64,000 nucleotides of DNA. Source: Octopus sinensis (lineage: Eukaryota). Shown here piece by piece: positions 39,750-53,641 of the stretch; within the stretch, counting starts at the first letter, position 1, and the number at the start of each line of letters is the position of its first letter. The notes under the pieces are model-generated. The model was not told the origin of the DNA and made no database searches. It saw only the letters and a program-made list of their open reading frames with translations. Position numbers and translations under genes: made by a program. The stretch spans positions 93,000,001-93,064,000 of the forward strand of contig NC_042999.1 in NCBI RefSeq assembly GCF_006345805.1, given 5' to 3'.

Positions 39750-40500
39750 AAAAAATCTGTGGGTATCAGTTAGTCCTTTTAATGTTGCATATTTTCAAAT
39801 AACTTTTTTCCATTTCTCTGAAACCACTGAAAAGTTAAACTTATATACACCACCCCCAGATTTGTTTTAGAGAATATCATGAAGTTGATATGATAAAAAT
39901 CAGGTGGGTGAACAAAAGGTGAACAAATAGCTGTACCAATGATACATCTCCAACTTGCCTCCAAATGTATGCGAGAAAAGATTGATATATTTAAATTCGG
40001 TTCAATTAGTAGGAGTATCGGGCGTTGCCAAATCGTTCTAATCATATATCTATGTCATAGATGAAACGGTTTGTTGATCTGCTCCACATCATTGGTGTTC
40101 GTTTTGTAAACGACATTTTTTCACCAAATGGACGCCAACGGAGAGATTCATTCGGACGCTTAGTTTTTGATTCCGTAATTAATTATTGCTGCCAAGTATA
40201 CGGGAAGGATTTTTCCCAATATTTTCAGTTAATTACAGTTGTTATCAAAGTACTGTCGTAGAGGTAAGATGTATTCATTTTATCAATATTTCCGTGCAGA
40301 ATTTATTCTCAATATAAAATATTTTGGTTGATGGGTTTGTTAGAGACGAAGCAATAATTGAAATTATCCATAAGAAAGAATTGGTTCCATGGAAAATACC
40401 CTTGTGAGCATCGGCGAATAAGGAAAGACAACTAGGCTGAACTTTGATTTGATATAGTGTGGGATTTCTCAAGCTATGATTCGACTAAAGAACCTTAGCG
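39750..40500 (-). mobile_element. Possible very old mariner-like remnant
   Basis: Weak resemblance of VHP..PPDFYHINFMIFSKTNLG to the HPPYSPDLAPxDF region. Confidence 0.3.
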
Positions 40501-42629
40501 AACGATGCGAATACGGATGCAATAAACTTCTGTGACAATTTCATCTATTTGGTCGAATGACGGTAACTGTGCTATAAATTACTTCTGGATAATAACGCGT
40601 TGTTGCTGATGAATCTCGCAGTATTGAGAACAGAACTCAGCTTTTTTTTCTATCGCTTAATACCACTGTTGTCTTTCTTTGTTGTTGAGACTATCCCAGA
40701 TAAATTAAAATTCAAGCATATAATGTAACCAAACCGGAAACTTACACTATTATGAAGGCTGAACTCATTTTCGAGTGGTACAATTGAAGATTAATATATT
40801 ATCTGCAGCATTCCTGATGAATGTAAGAAGTGCGTTTGCATGTGTAAGAGACAAGTGGAAAGTTGTGAGAGTCGGGTGGTTGTGAGATGTGTGTATATGC
40901 AGAAACAATTCTTGTGTGTTGAGGGTGGGTGTGAGTATTGTGTGGGGGAAGAAATGGGTAGTGTGGGAGAGTGTGAGATGGTATGTATGGGAGCGACGTG
41001 GAAGAAGGGGACAGAGAGAAACAGACAAAGAGGAGCAGTGAATATAGATGGAGCGCTTAGGGAAACGTTGCGACTGAAAGACGTTCCTCTGTGGAGGGAA
41101 GTGTTGGAGGGTGCAGGGTTTGTGGTCATTTACTATTAGTAATTTTTTTGGTTTAGTAATCATTTATTGCTGCTAAGCATCAGGGAGCGACGTTTGCCAA
41201 TCTTTTTAGTTAATTACAGTTGTATTCATAGCACTGTCGTCTATAAATGTAATTATATCCGGAAGATCAGCAACCCGTTGCCAAGCCGGATGTTGTCTGA
41301 GATGCATTGCTAACCTGTCAGCTAGTCGGCAGCAGGTTTGCCTGATTTAGATAAAATATATATAAATGTATGTAATTGTTTTTTATATATATCAAATGTA
41401 TAACTTTAACACTCGATTTTGTCATTGAAAGTCCATTGTAGAGTTCTAATCAGATTGCTTACTTTACATAGCATTGTCACAGAAGATCTAAGAAGTAGGT
41501 CTGCATTTCATTTAGCGCATATAATTTGTGTTCAACTCAGTCACACACAGACTCATATTTACACACTCTCTCACACACACACTCACACATACACACACAC
41601 TCACACACAAACACACACACACGTACTCATGCACATACACACACACACACACATGCAGGCAGAGAATATAACTTTGCACGCTTTCATATATGTTTTAACA
41701 ATATATTGCAATTTGTCCTGAGTGACTGATTCTCGAAACATCTTTTGACTTCATTAGCATTCCTACAGGAAATATGTGCACCAATGACATTTTTTTTTTC
41801 TTTTGGTTCTGATTTCTACAGAAACCAATATTTCTATAGAGTATTAATTACGGAAAAAGGAATAACTAAAATAAGCTGGAGAACTAACTCGCATCTTATT
41901 GCTTCATAAAAGAATGGAACGCGTGCTTAATAAAGATTCTTTTAATTCTAAATGAATCAAGTATTATATTTTTCCATTAGGGAAAATTGCCGTTACTCTT
42001 TAACGAAGGTGCATGAAAATATCCTGCTTAGATCTGTGAAAAATCACTCCATTATTGTGTGACGTCACTAGCAATATAAGTGATAAGTGCATAACCGATA
42101 ATCTTCAAACTTTAATCATAATGCATTATGACATTTACATTATTGTGTAAACTAGTCAAAAACTGTCCTTGGATTGAGCTATAGCGAAAGTGAAATCAGA
42201 CTGTTATCGTCCTTCTTTGTTCCAATGTAATCTTGTACTGCATTGTTTAACGTGCTCTTTCTTATGTCGGAAGGGTAGGAGTAGATTTATATCTGGTTAC
42301 AGAATGTAGAAACCTGTGTCATCTACCTGTGCTGTAATTGTATCAGTTCGATTACTCTTTCGAAATAATCAAGTTGATCAGGCTAATTAAATAGTTATTA
42401 TAATTAAAGTTAGAAGCTTCAATGTGTGGAATAAACATTTCAGGTAAAAGTGTTCCTACGCGAGGTAATAGTTGAAGTATTTCTAACAAATATCGCATCA
42501 AAGGTAAACATCTTTTGTGAACGCTTATTTCAATTCAGTAATGGTCGAAAGAACAGCATGATATATTAGAAAAACCAGGACCAAGAAACCCCCTATCACA
42601 GGTACATTGATCGATGCACGCTCTAAGCC

Positions 42630-43960
42630 GTGCTTGGACTATTCCAGACGGGAAATATAACTGAAACTAACAAGATTATTTGGGCTGTAGCTATAGTTGC
42701 TGCAGATAAAGTTGGATGCAAAAGAAGAAAACAAGCAGAACGTAGAGAACCATACTGACGTAGACGAATTTGTGAGAAACAAAGTTAAAAATACATTTAG
42801 GATAAGTTGATAGGTTGAAAAAAGGGGAATTGCAGAATGACAGCATAAGAATAAAGCTAGAATGAACATAGACTAAGAGAGAAAGGGTATGATGTGATAT
42901 TGGAATAAATGGAACAAAAAGTAGTAGCAATCAAAGCAAAACTGGAAAGATATGACTAAAGAACAAAAGAATTAAGGCAAAACATATTGCTTGAAGCAAA
43001 TCACAAAAAACAAGTTCAGGAACTAGATGGGCAATTATGAGTAACAATGAGGCCAGATGCAGAGGAATGCAGGGCATTTGGAGAGGGATCTGGGACCAAC
43101 ATGTGAGATATAATGATGACGCGGAATGCATGAAATCCAAGATGACATGAAAATAACTACCGAAATGATAAAAATGTAGTTAAGAAAATTCTCAAATCGG
43201 AAGAGCACAGGACAACAGGGATGCAAGGTTATTGGATGAAGAACATGAGAGGGCTCCATGAAAAGGTAGCGCAGCAGCTAGATGAGTGACGCAGGAAAGT
43301 GCAGTACCCAGCTGGATGACACAGCCAAAGACGTTATGTGTCAAAGACCCTGAAAACGTTTCCAAATTTCGACTTTTTGGAATTGAATTTCGACTTTTGA
43401 AATTCCGCTTATGTGGAATCTATTGTCTGGTACTTTAACATGTGAAGTGTATAAATATTTAGAGAAAAGTGGGCTCCTATCTATTGAACAGAAAGGGTGC
43501 GGAAAGAGGTGCTGGGAAACTAAAGATCAGCTGTTAATTGACAATCTAATGATCAGAAACTGCAAGTAAAGACACACAAACTTGAGCTTGGCATAGATTT
43601 ACTATCGTAAAGCTTATGATATGGTACTACACAGCTGAATAACAAGAAATGTATAGAGTAGCAGAAAACATGCGAAGCCTTATATAGAACAGTATGAAAT
43701 GGATTTACATTAGGGAATCCAGTAATAGGAAAGGTGAAAATCAAGTGAGGAATCTTCAAGGGGACAGTGTATCCCCACTAATCTTTGTGCTCCTACAGAA
43801 GGCTTGACTGTTAGGGGCAGTAGGGATTTTCAGGAGAGTATTAAGCACTTGAAAGACTGCTGAAAACTTGTGGATACCTAAGGTTACAGATAGTAACCCA
43901 CAATCTACTTAAATCCTACCAGAAATATCACTGAACCTGAGACAAACCGAAATAATAACA
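42630..43960 (+). mobile_element. Old, internally deleted Dong/R4-type retrotransposon
   Basis: EQKGCGKRCWETKDQLLID, YRKAYDMVLH and GIF.GD..SPL remnants. AATAATAAC tail. Confidence 0.8.
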
Positions 43961-46000
43961 TTGTGTGTATGCTTGTTTGTGTGTACGGGTATGTGTTGGT
44001 TTCAAATTTTGTCACAAGTCTAGAGTTTTGATTAAACTATTTCAGCACTGAACTGCTATTTATTTCATCAACAGTGAAAGGATGAAAGACAAAGTCCAAC
44101 ATGACAGAATTTTAAAATCAAAATTTTAAAACGGTCGAAATTCCGCTAAGCATCTCCAATTTTCTGCAAATCCTCGAGAGATGAGATCAAATCTAGCTCA
44201 AATATCTTGTGCTGGCAGGTTATCTGTCATCTCTATTTTTGGACTATTGGTTTTAATTTCGAACTTAATGGCTCCAAAATGATTGTGTCCTTACAACATA
44301 ATGTAGATGTCTATTCCTTGAACTTGCATGGATTACATTTTTAGCATTCGAAATCCATCAAACGAATAACGGGATTAGGTGGGTTCATAATTTAGGTTGT
44401 AAGCCAGGACTAAGTGTTTTCGTATCAATTGACCTGTATAGTTTTCCATCTAGGTAGTATTCGTTTCCAAACTAAGGTGTCTATCTTCTAAGTCCCCTCA
44501 TTGATTGGTGCCATTGGGTGGCATGATTTATTAAACTTAACTTTTTATTTTTATGCTCAGCTTTCTCCACCGACCTAGCGTGATGATGATTTATGCTTTT
44601 TATCTTATACTATTATAGTCATATGCTTTTATCGAATCAATTTCATAGATTCCAACCATATTTTTTGTAGTATCACTTTCATAGTTCCAGCCTTATTTGT
44701 TTTTCTCCAGTCTTGTTTACGCTTAATTTCACATTCATATGCTGCATACTCTTTTTCTCGCAACTGATCCGTTTTCGGTGGAATTCAATCCTGGCGTGCT
44801 GCTTTTCTCTCAGCTGTTCTCTTTCACTGGTCTTCCGTTTTCGGCTATTTTCACTGCCGGCATCAAATATTTCCCTTCACTGTTACTTTGTTTAACTTAT
44901 TCTTTTAAAATTCTTTGGGCGTCCAAAGAAGGTTTCAAAATATAGTAGCTTATCTTTCTACGAACCATGGTAGAAATAAAAAAAACAACTTTAAAATAAT
45001 TTTTTATCTGATATTCACATTTTAAATCTGTAATTTCTCTCTATCGGTAACTATTTTCGAGTGTTTTAGAGCGGGCGTGCACACAGAAATACACTTACAA
45101 GAGTTTACGTTATTGAAGTAAAAATAGAACCTGGAATTTTGGATGTATTTAACATAAATTGATTGCCCAATATTTTGCAGGTTTAAAATTAAAACAAGTT
45201 TTACTCAGACAGAATTTAGCTATATATAAAGCCATAGAATTGTTTAACTAAACAATAAAGCAAATCATGCAATGAAAATAAAAATAATGATAGAAGAAAA
45301 TAATGGAAAAGTATTTCACATGATATTGATTTAAATTCAAAAACTAACTTTATAAAAATAGTAAAACATTTGCATAATATTAGTATAACACATTAGATCA
45401 ATAATGTTATTTACACTATCGATATCAATATATTTTTTATTCATACAAATTTAACATGAAAATTTCAAATATTTCCAGCCCCTATTAATATTTTCTAATA
45501 GTCTTAAAACTATTTATCGTCTTAAAAGTTTTCTACTTTTCGGAGAAATTTGTCTCTTTATAATTTTTTTAACCTATAATATTTTTGAATGATTAAATAT
45601 CCTGTTTCGGAATAAACTAAAAGTTTTCTGTTCCTGCATATCCTAAAAATGTTATGCTTCACGAAAGATTTTCTCTTCTAAAAGCTATATATCTCTGTAA
45701 ATAGGAGAGGGACATGGCAACGAAACATTACCAGAAAAAATCATCAAGTAGTATATCATATGCCGCAATAATTAGAATAATTAGAAGAATATTTGAAAGG
45801 GCGGTGCATACAATTTGTGGTTCCTAGTGGAATAGACATAGAGCCTTTCTTTTTTTTAGTTTACTAAGAGTCTATCTTAGAGTTACTTTTGGACATCCTA
45901 TCTGTAATAATTTGAGCGGACAAGTACCCACTCATGATAGCATTTACACTCCTGGCTACACACACGCGCGCGCGCAAACACACACACACAGATATATATA

Positions 46001-46043
<43 letters not shown>

Positions 46044-47035
46044 GGAGCACTCCGTCGATTCAGACGACGAGGGTCCCAGGTGGTGATACAGAGTTTCACA
46101 AAACTGGCCCTTTGAAATACAGGTACTAATCATTTTTGCCAGCTGAGTGAATTGGAATAACGTGAAATAAAGTGTCTTGCTTAAGTACTCAACGCGTCGC
46201 CGAGAATTGAACTCATGACTTTAGTTATGGGATATATCTTGAAGAAAATAAGTCCGACTCCATGATGGCTACTTTTTATTTTGGAGCAGAAGAAAGCAAG
46301 ATTCCTGAAAATGATTGAATTCTTGTCTCGGTCTAATTCACAATGGAAATTATTGAAAAGGAACTTCCTTTTCATGGCTACTGTGATAATTAAGGAAAAT
46401 GAGACTAATACAACTGACACCTAATACAAAGGCACAGACTCAATACTTAGGTTTCAGACATTTTCACCCACCCTATATCAAAAGAAATATTAGAAATGTC
46501 ACTGTTAAGTTGACAAGACTTACAATGTCAATAGTTAGGATTTCAAGTAGAAGTGGGAAAAGAAAAAACTAGCCAGCCAAAAATATTACTTCAAAAACAT
46601 CCGATAGACAAAGTAAATATTGTTATAAACAAGGCAACAGAAACACCAGACACTGAATTACGAAAAAAATCTTCGCTATGAGAGTTAAGACAAAATCATA
46701 AATATTCCATTAGTAGACATCCGTATTCTCAGAAATGTGGTGGCTGCATAATGCATTTGCAAAAAGCAAGTAGGAGATAGTGTTCAACACAGCGTTTATT
46801 CATGCTTGGGAAGCGGTCGTTGTCTCATGGTAGGTACTCAGAGTCTATTATCTAGAGATCTCATTCATGCTCATACATACATACGTACATACATACATGT
46901 ATGCATATATACATACTGATGTATGTGTGTGTGAATGTTTGTATGTAGGCATGTATGTATGTATGAGTGCATGTGCAGAATTAGAGACGAGGACTGATGT
47001 GAAGATGAATAAGTATATGAGTATATACACATACG

Positions 47036-47089
<54 letters not shown>

Positions 47090-47645
47090 GAGAGAGAGAG
47101 AGATTCGCAGAATGAAAGAGAGAGATAACGAGACAGTCTAAGCGCGTGTGTAAGAGCGCGTTTGAGGAAATATACGAGATAATGTTAATCTATAACATAT
47201 TATATCAATAAATATCTTTTACTTTATTCGAATTTCAATTTCAATTTGTCTTGTATAATTTATATATTTGAATAGCTTTAGATTATATTGGCCAAGAGAT
47301 ACCTTTTATTTGGCAATATTACAGTTTTCTTTCAGTTCGAAATAACAAAACGAATAAAAAAGAAGAGAAAGAAATCTTGTTGAAAAGCGAAAAGCAACAA
47401 CAAAAAATAAAAGATCATACAGTCTATGAGAAATATTACACCAACACCAAAACCAATATAGGACAATACCTTTGGAAAAGATTAGATAACAAACAGATAA
47501 ACAATTTCTTGTACAATAAATGTGCAGAGAATTAATACAGTGATGCTGGAGTACACTTATGCCTGGGAGAAACATTAAAAGTTTAATGAAGAGTTCTGCC
47601 AGGTTGAAACCGTTTATTCGAAACATATCGGATGTTATGATACAC

Positions 47646-47679
47646 TGCTACTACTACTACAACTACTACAACTACAACA

Positions 47680-47729
<50 letters not shown>

Positions 47730-47733
47730 CGCC

Positions 47734-47765
<32 letters not shown>

Positions 47766-47834
47766 CGCCGCCGCCACTACTACTACTACTACCCCGACGA
47801 CGACCACCACCACCACCACCGATACTACTACTAT

Positions 47835-47886
<52 letters not shown>

Positions 47887-47955
47887 GCTGCTGATCTTGC
47901 TGCCGTTGTTGATGATGATAATGGTGTTGATGATGATGACGATGATGATGATGAT
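47646..47955. repeat. Compound trinucleotide microsatellite (CTA/CAA/CCA/CCG/GAT)
   Basis: Direct reading. Source of the poly-Y/H and poly-V ORFs. Confidence 0.95.
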
Positions 47956-47959
47956 TTCA

Positions 47960-48169
47960 TTTTATGGCACAATGTCAACAATTTCAGGAGATAGAATAAA
48001 ACGGTTATATTGACCAATATTTTCAAACTGGTACTCATTTTATTGACCCCGAAAAGAAGAAAGGCCAAATCGACTTCGGCGGAATTTGAATTCAATACAC
48101 AAAAAAGGACGAAATGTTGCTAAGGTTTTCGCTCTGCATGTAAACAATTCTGCCAGCACGTCACCTTCA

Positions 48170-48170
<1 letters not shown>
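47960..48170 (-). mobile_element. SINE (family B)
   Basis: CTGGTACTCATTTTATTGACCCCGAAAAG...GTCGAC-like...GGAATTTGAA. Confidence 0.72.
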
Positions 48171-48209
<39 letters not shown>

Positions 48210-49229
48210 GATGATGATGATGGTGACGATCATCATCATCATCATCATCATCATCATTTCTTTAATTCGCCTCAGGAGCATAAATAAGTGCGATATGAAA
48301 AGGAGAGACATTTGAAATGGAGTTTATTTAACAAATGAAGAGAAAGAAAGCAAAAGTTGGGTGAAATGAGGTAAAAACATACATAGAATACAAACTGTCT
48401 GTAAGCACATGAAGGATGCAGACTCACTGACACAGGAGAACATCCAAGAAAGGCCAGTCAAGAGACCCTACAGATCCAGGATTACATATGCCACCAATGC
48501 ACGAGTCGAAGCCCAAATGTGTTTCTTCAACCTACTGATTCATGTCTAGAGCAAGTTCACTGACCCTAACCATTTTTACCTCAGTCATTTAGGTAAAACA
48601 GCTTCACCCTTCCCCTTCATTTTCCCTTCTTTGCGGAGCTAAAACACATCGATGCGGCTTGCTTCAAAAAGTGTCGTTGGGGTCTTGACTGAAGACATGG
48701 TTGATTTTTCTCTATTCTTTCAGCCTCGTCCAGCAGATAACCCCTGTCGCCATAGTCTCTGAACAAAAGAACACTGCCTGCCTTTTTGAAGTAAGGCAAT
48801 CATTGCACTAGATTTGGCCAATAGTCTAATTTCTCCTACATGCGACAAGAGCTTTTCGAAATAACTCCACATGTTAGTAATGGTCGAAGCTTTCGGGAGT
48901 GCTTGAATGCCTGCACAACGGATTTGTCTCTATGTATGCATCTCGAACAGTTCTGCCTTCAGTACTTCCGTGCTTATGGAATTAATCTCGAACAGGTAGT
49001 TTTCAGTAGTACTGCAAAGTTGGGGGATTTCTGAAGTTAGCCATTGTAACTCTGAAAGTTAGGCCTTTAGCTCTAAATCCGAAAGTTCTCCGAAGCAGAC
49101 TAGCTAGTTCATACTCGTCGACAATTAGAACGTCTCCGGATATACCTTAGTTGTTACCTAGCACTAGATTTCAAATTGCGAACATAGAATTCCACCACCC
49201 GTATTGCATGCGGAGTAGAGCAACCTCAG

Positions 49230-49900
49230 CTACATTATGGTTGGGAGATAATAGTATACTCAGAGTAGCCGACCTCAGCTTCCATCATAACGCCCATCCG
49301 GCTCCGGAACCTAGTTCCTCACCGTGTCCATACGAAAATCTTTGAACTCTTCTTTGATTTTCGCCCTCAATCCGACTTTGGTATCACTGGCAGAGAGGAG
49401 TGCGATGTTCCTCAGCCGCGCCCCACACAGAATAATCAATGGGATTAGAATCAAGGGAAGATGGACGCCATAAACTGGAGCTGCTGAAGTTCTAGAAAAT
49501 TTCTAACAACCATTCCTGACTCTTTCCGGAGATATGGCAAGGAGCAGAAATTTGCCGACACAAACATAGTAATTACCAGCAGCAACGCTCTCCAACCAAC
49601 GATTGATAACAGTCTCCGTCAGCTTCACAAAGCCGTCTGAAATGAGCCTAAGGTACTATTCAAAGCGGTGAGGGTGAATTCCGGCTTACTGTGTTTCTGC
49701 TTGCCACAATTTCGTAGCTTTCATTAAAGGTGCCCATGTTACATGAGACAAACTTTACAGTATTCGCAGCGCATTGAGCAGCAGTTATCGTGTGTGCATT
49801 TTGATACCAAGCGCGAATCGCCATGATAGAGGTAAATCCTATACAATATTCAGAGTGCTTCCAGGTCTTCATTACACCTAACTTTGTTTTCACTACAGCC
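49230..49900 (-). mobile_element. Decayed Tc1/mariner-superfamily transposase
   Basis: APCHISGKSQEWLLENF and WRPSSLDSNPIDYSVWG (compare WPPNSPDLNPLDY.VWG). Confidence 0.75.
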
Positions 49901-50023
49901 ACATAATTTATGCTCTGCAACACCATTGAATGATCTTCAATATCTCATGTTGTTCCTGAAAAAAAAGACATGAAAATAGTAATATATATATATATATATA
50001 TATTTGTATATATATGAATGTAT

Positions 50024-50063
<40 letters not shown>

Positions 50064-50153
50064 GGAGAGCGAGAGGGTGAGAGTGGTAGAGAGAGAAATA
50101 GATAGATACGTAGATAGTTAGAAAAATGGAATAAACGACATTCTTTGTATAAT

Positions 50154-50247
50154 ATCACTACAATTGTTTCGACTCATTTTTACAGCCATAGTATATTTTC
50201 GAGATGTTTTGTAATAATGAGGTGTAAAATGCGCCTCCTCAGGTGAT
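50154..50247 (-). ncRNA. Type I hammerhead ribozyme with long stem II (predicted)
   Basis: Minus strand ATCAC-CTGAGGA-[GGCGCATTTTACA...TGTAAAAATGAGTC, 65 nt]-GAAA-CAATTG-TA-GTGAT. Stem I is ATCAC/GTGAT, stem III is the palindrome ACAATTGT, cleavage site GUA. Confidence 0.78.
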
Positions 50248-52589
50248 TGTTTAGACATCTTTAGTTTGATCCTACTATCCTTTGACTAAATGTGAGTGTG
50301 CATACCAATAGCACACTGCTATTACACAAACTCTCACCAATGTACTCCGAGTGTAAAAACGTGTAGTTTTTAATAAATAATGTCATACATTCTGTTTCCT
50401 ACCATATTTCTATTTATGTAAATTCTATAGATACTATGGAATAACTGGTGGATAAACAGTAGCAAGAGCACTTCTAGTGTGACAGGACATCAGGTTGCCA
50501 ATAACTGTGGACGCGTTTTGCATTGCATATTACAAGCTATTTTGCCGAATATGTTACTATACACAAAATTTGACAACATTTATCTAACGTAACGACTTAA
50601 ATATATTCTTTAACCATATAACACAAGCCTTTGCAGTTTATCACTCTTTTTTATTTTCTATACATTCAACCACGTGCTTTCACATACCAACTCTCTCACC
50701 TATATATATATATATATATATATATAGGAAATATACATTTTGAAAATGCGTTGAGAATAGTTAAAATATATTTTATTACATTTAAAGATTTAACCGGTTT
50801 CTCAGTTTACACTGATTTTCAAAAGTTGAAAAAGAAATGTCGCAACAGTTTTGCTTCTGACTAGTGTTTGTCCTAATTCTATAGGGATTTCATGGCTCAA
50901 ATTACTATATGTTTTGAAATGGACTTCATTAGTAGACGATGGTCACATGACTGGTCATAAAAACCCGCTTCACTGTAAGTTTCCATTAGATTAAAAGGCT
51001 ACGAAATAATCTTTTAATCCGAGGGTAGATGGCGGTTTTCTATTTGAATGGCACTTTTCTTTTGACAACCCTTAACTATGGTAGAGATTTGCAGAGTGTT
51101 ATCAGAAAGATCGTAGCAATGATCTTTTATTTCAAGTTCGTATTTGACGAACTGCCGAATTAATGTTATGTGGGTACACGGAACGCAAATCGAAGGTTTG
51201 TTGTGACTATGACCATTTAGAGAAGTTAGAGAAGAGATCCATTAGTGGCCAACTCCTTTCCATATACGGTGGTTTGTTTGCAATACAAAATTTGAGCATC
51301 AATGCAAGAGCTACTCGATTTTACAATTTGAAGATTTATACTTCTAATGAATGTCTATATTCACAGTCCTCCATGTACACATATATAGCGGCTTGAGCGA
51401 GCAGTAAGCCTGAAATATTCTGAAATGCGTATTTCGGAAGTTCCCATTCTATAGATCATTGCACCGTGTCTCCTCTCCAATTTTTCACATTAGTACTGCG
51501 AGTTAAGGTGTGGCCATCAACTATTGTCAGGGCCAAGTAAGAGAACTCCATTACCGACTATATGGTATAATTCTCCTCTTTTGTCTGATGGTAGGTATTC
51601 ATTACTCTTGATATAGATGGGCATTTCTTTTTCCAAGATGAGTATGAGTATTGTAACACTGGCTTGTGGTTAATTCTTGTGCATAACCTCTGTGATTGTC
51701 GGAATCCCTTACGTACTACTCACCGTATGAACAGGTTGCATGATATACACCAAAGCCTCAAATCTCAAGCGTCAGCAACTGTCTGGATGACAGCAAGGAG
51801 AAAGGTGATAAATGAATAATCGGGATAACTATTGGATAGCATGCTAATGTATGAAATATTACAGCAAGGGAAAAAACAATAAATCTTAACTGTCATGAAA
51901 GACTTTATGCTTATCCTAAAGCCGATATTGTTTTCTGGTTTACATATACGCATAAATACGTACCAACAGGTATGCATGCACACACATACACAACACATAC
52001 ATACATACGTAACTATATGTTTCGTTATGTGCGTATGTGTATATATATATTATGTCCACAAACACACACGTGCACACACATACACACACATTCGTATACA
52101 TACATAGCAAGTGCACAAATATATGTATATTGCTTCAAACACGGATGCAAGAAATTACTCAATCTAATGTTCTCTCGAGGCAGCAACCAAAAGAAGTAAA
52201 GAGAAAATAACATTACAGCAATAAAAACATAGACGATAGTAACAACAACAATAACAATAGCAGCATCAGAGGCAGCAACAGCAACAACAACAATAAATTC
52301 ATCTGACTTCACTTATCAAATCACCAATTTGCAATAACAAAATACTACATCTTCAACAATAGCATTAGACAGACAAAATCCGAAACAAATGCTGCAGCAA
52401 CTAACAGAAACTAAAGAACATCCAAATCAACAATAAAGAAAGCAGTACACATCTAATCGATCACAAGACAGCGAGTAGGCATCCACGTAACGCTCGTCTT
52501 GCTAGAAATAGCAATGAGATAACTTGAGTTATAACATGTTATTTGAAAGTCGGAGGAATACATTTGATAAAACATTCCTATAAATGTTA

Positions 52590-52735
52590 GGTGAGATAGC
52601 TCTATGCTAAGAAGTTTACTTCCCTACCACATAGTTCCAGGTTCAGTCCCACTGTGTGGTGCCTTGGGCAAGTGTCTCCTACTATAGCCTTGTGAGTGAA
52701 ATTGTTGAACGGAAACTGAAAGAAGCCCACCGTAT
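52590..52735 (+). mobile_element. tRNA-derived SINE fragment with CCTTGGGCAAG core
   Basis: GGTTCAGTCCC B-box-like motif followed by GCCTTGGGCAAGTGTCT. Confidence 0.65.
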
Positions 52736-52739
52736 ATAT

Positions 52740-52783
<44 letters not shown>

Positions 52784-52830
52784 ATATTTATATATATAAT
52801 CAAATAAACAACAAGGGTACCATACCTAGA

Positions 52831-52898
<68 letters not shown>

Positions 52899-53641
52899 GG
52901 AATTGACAAAAAAAAGCAAAATAAAACAAAAGACAAGTGTGTAAAAAGCAGCAAACAGGTGTATAAGTTTCACGCTCAGGAAGGTGAGAAGTCTTTTACA
53001 TTTCAAGCCTACGCTCTTCAACAGAAAGGAACACGAGAACATAAACAGAATGAGAATAAAAACGGAGAGAGAATAAAAGCTTTAGTGGCAAGCGGTCAAT
53101 GCATGTGTGTGTGTGTACGTATGTGTGCATGTTTGTGTTTGTATGTGTGTACTTCTGGCTGCGTTCGCCGCCCACCAAGGCTTCACCTGTGTTGGTGTGT
53201 TTACGTCCTCGTAATTAGCGGCTTGGGGAAGATGTCCGGTAGAATAAGTACCTAGCTTAGGAAGAAATAAATAAGTGGTAGAGATTGATTCATTCGACTA
53301 AATCTTTTTCAACGTGGTGCCCCAGCATGGTTGCAATCTAATGACTGATAGAAGTAGAAGATAGGAGATAGATGAACATTAAAAAAAAAACCAAAAAGAA
53401 AAACAAATTGATTGCTGGAATGACTTTAATAATATATTCTCTTGTACTTATTTTAACTGCACGTTAGGTTAAACGTTGCTTTTAGTGACGAAAACAACAA
53501 CGTCAACATCAACAGCTGAAATAACAATAGCAGCATTAATAAAAGAATAGAAACAACAATAATAACAAGAACAACGCTGCTACAGTGATCATAATACACA
53601 TGGTGGAAGAACTAACATGTTCGTTGTAGCAACCAGATATA

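Noticed and set aside
47559-48095. Poly-Tyr/His and poly-Val ORFs
   Set aside because: Trinucleotide microsatellite plus SINE sequence, with no domain or splice support.
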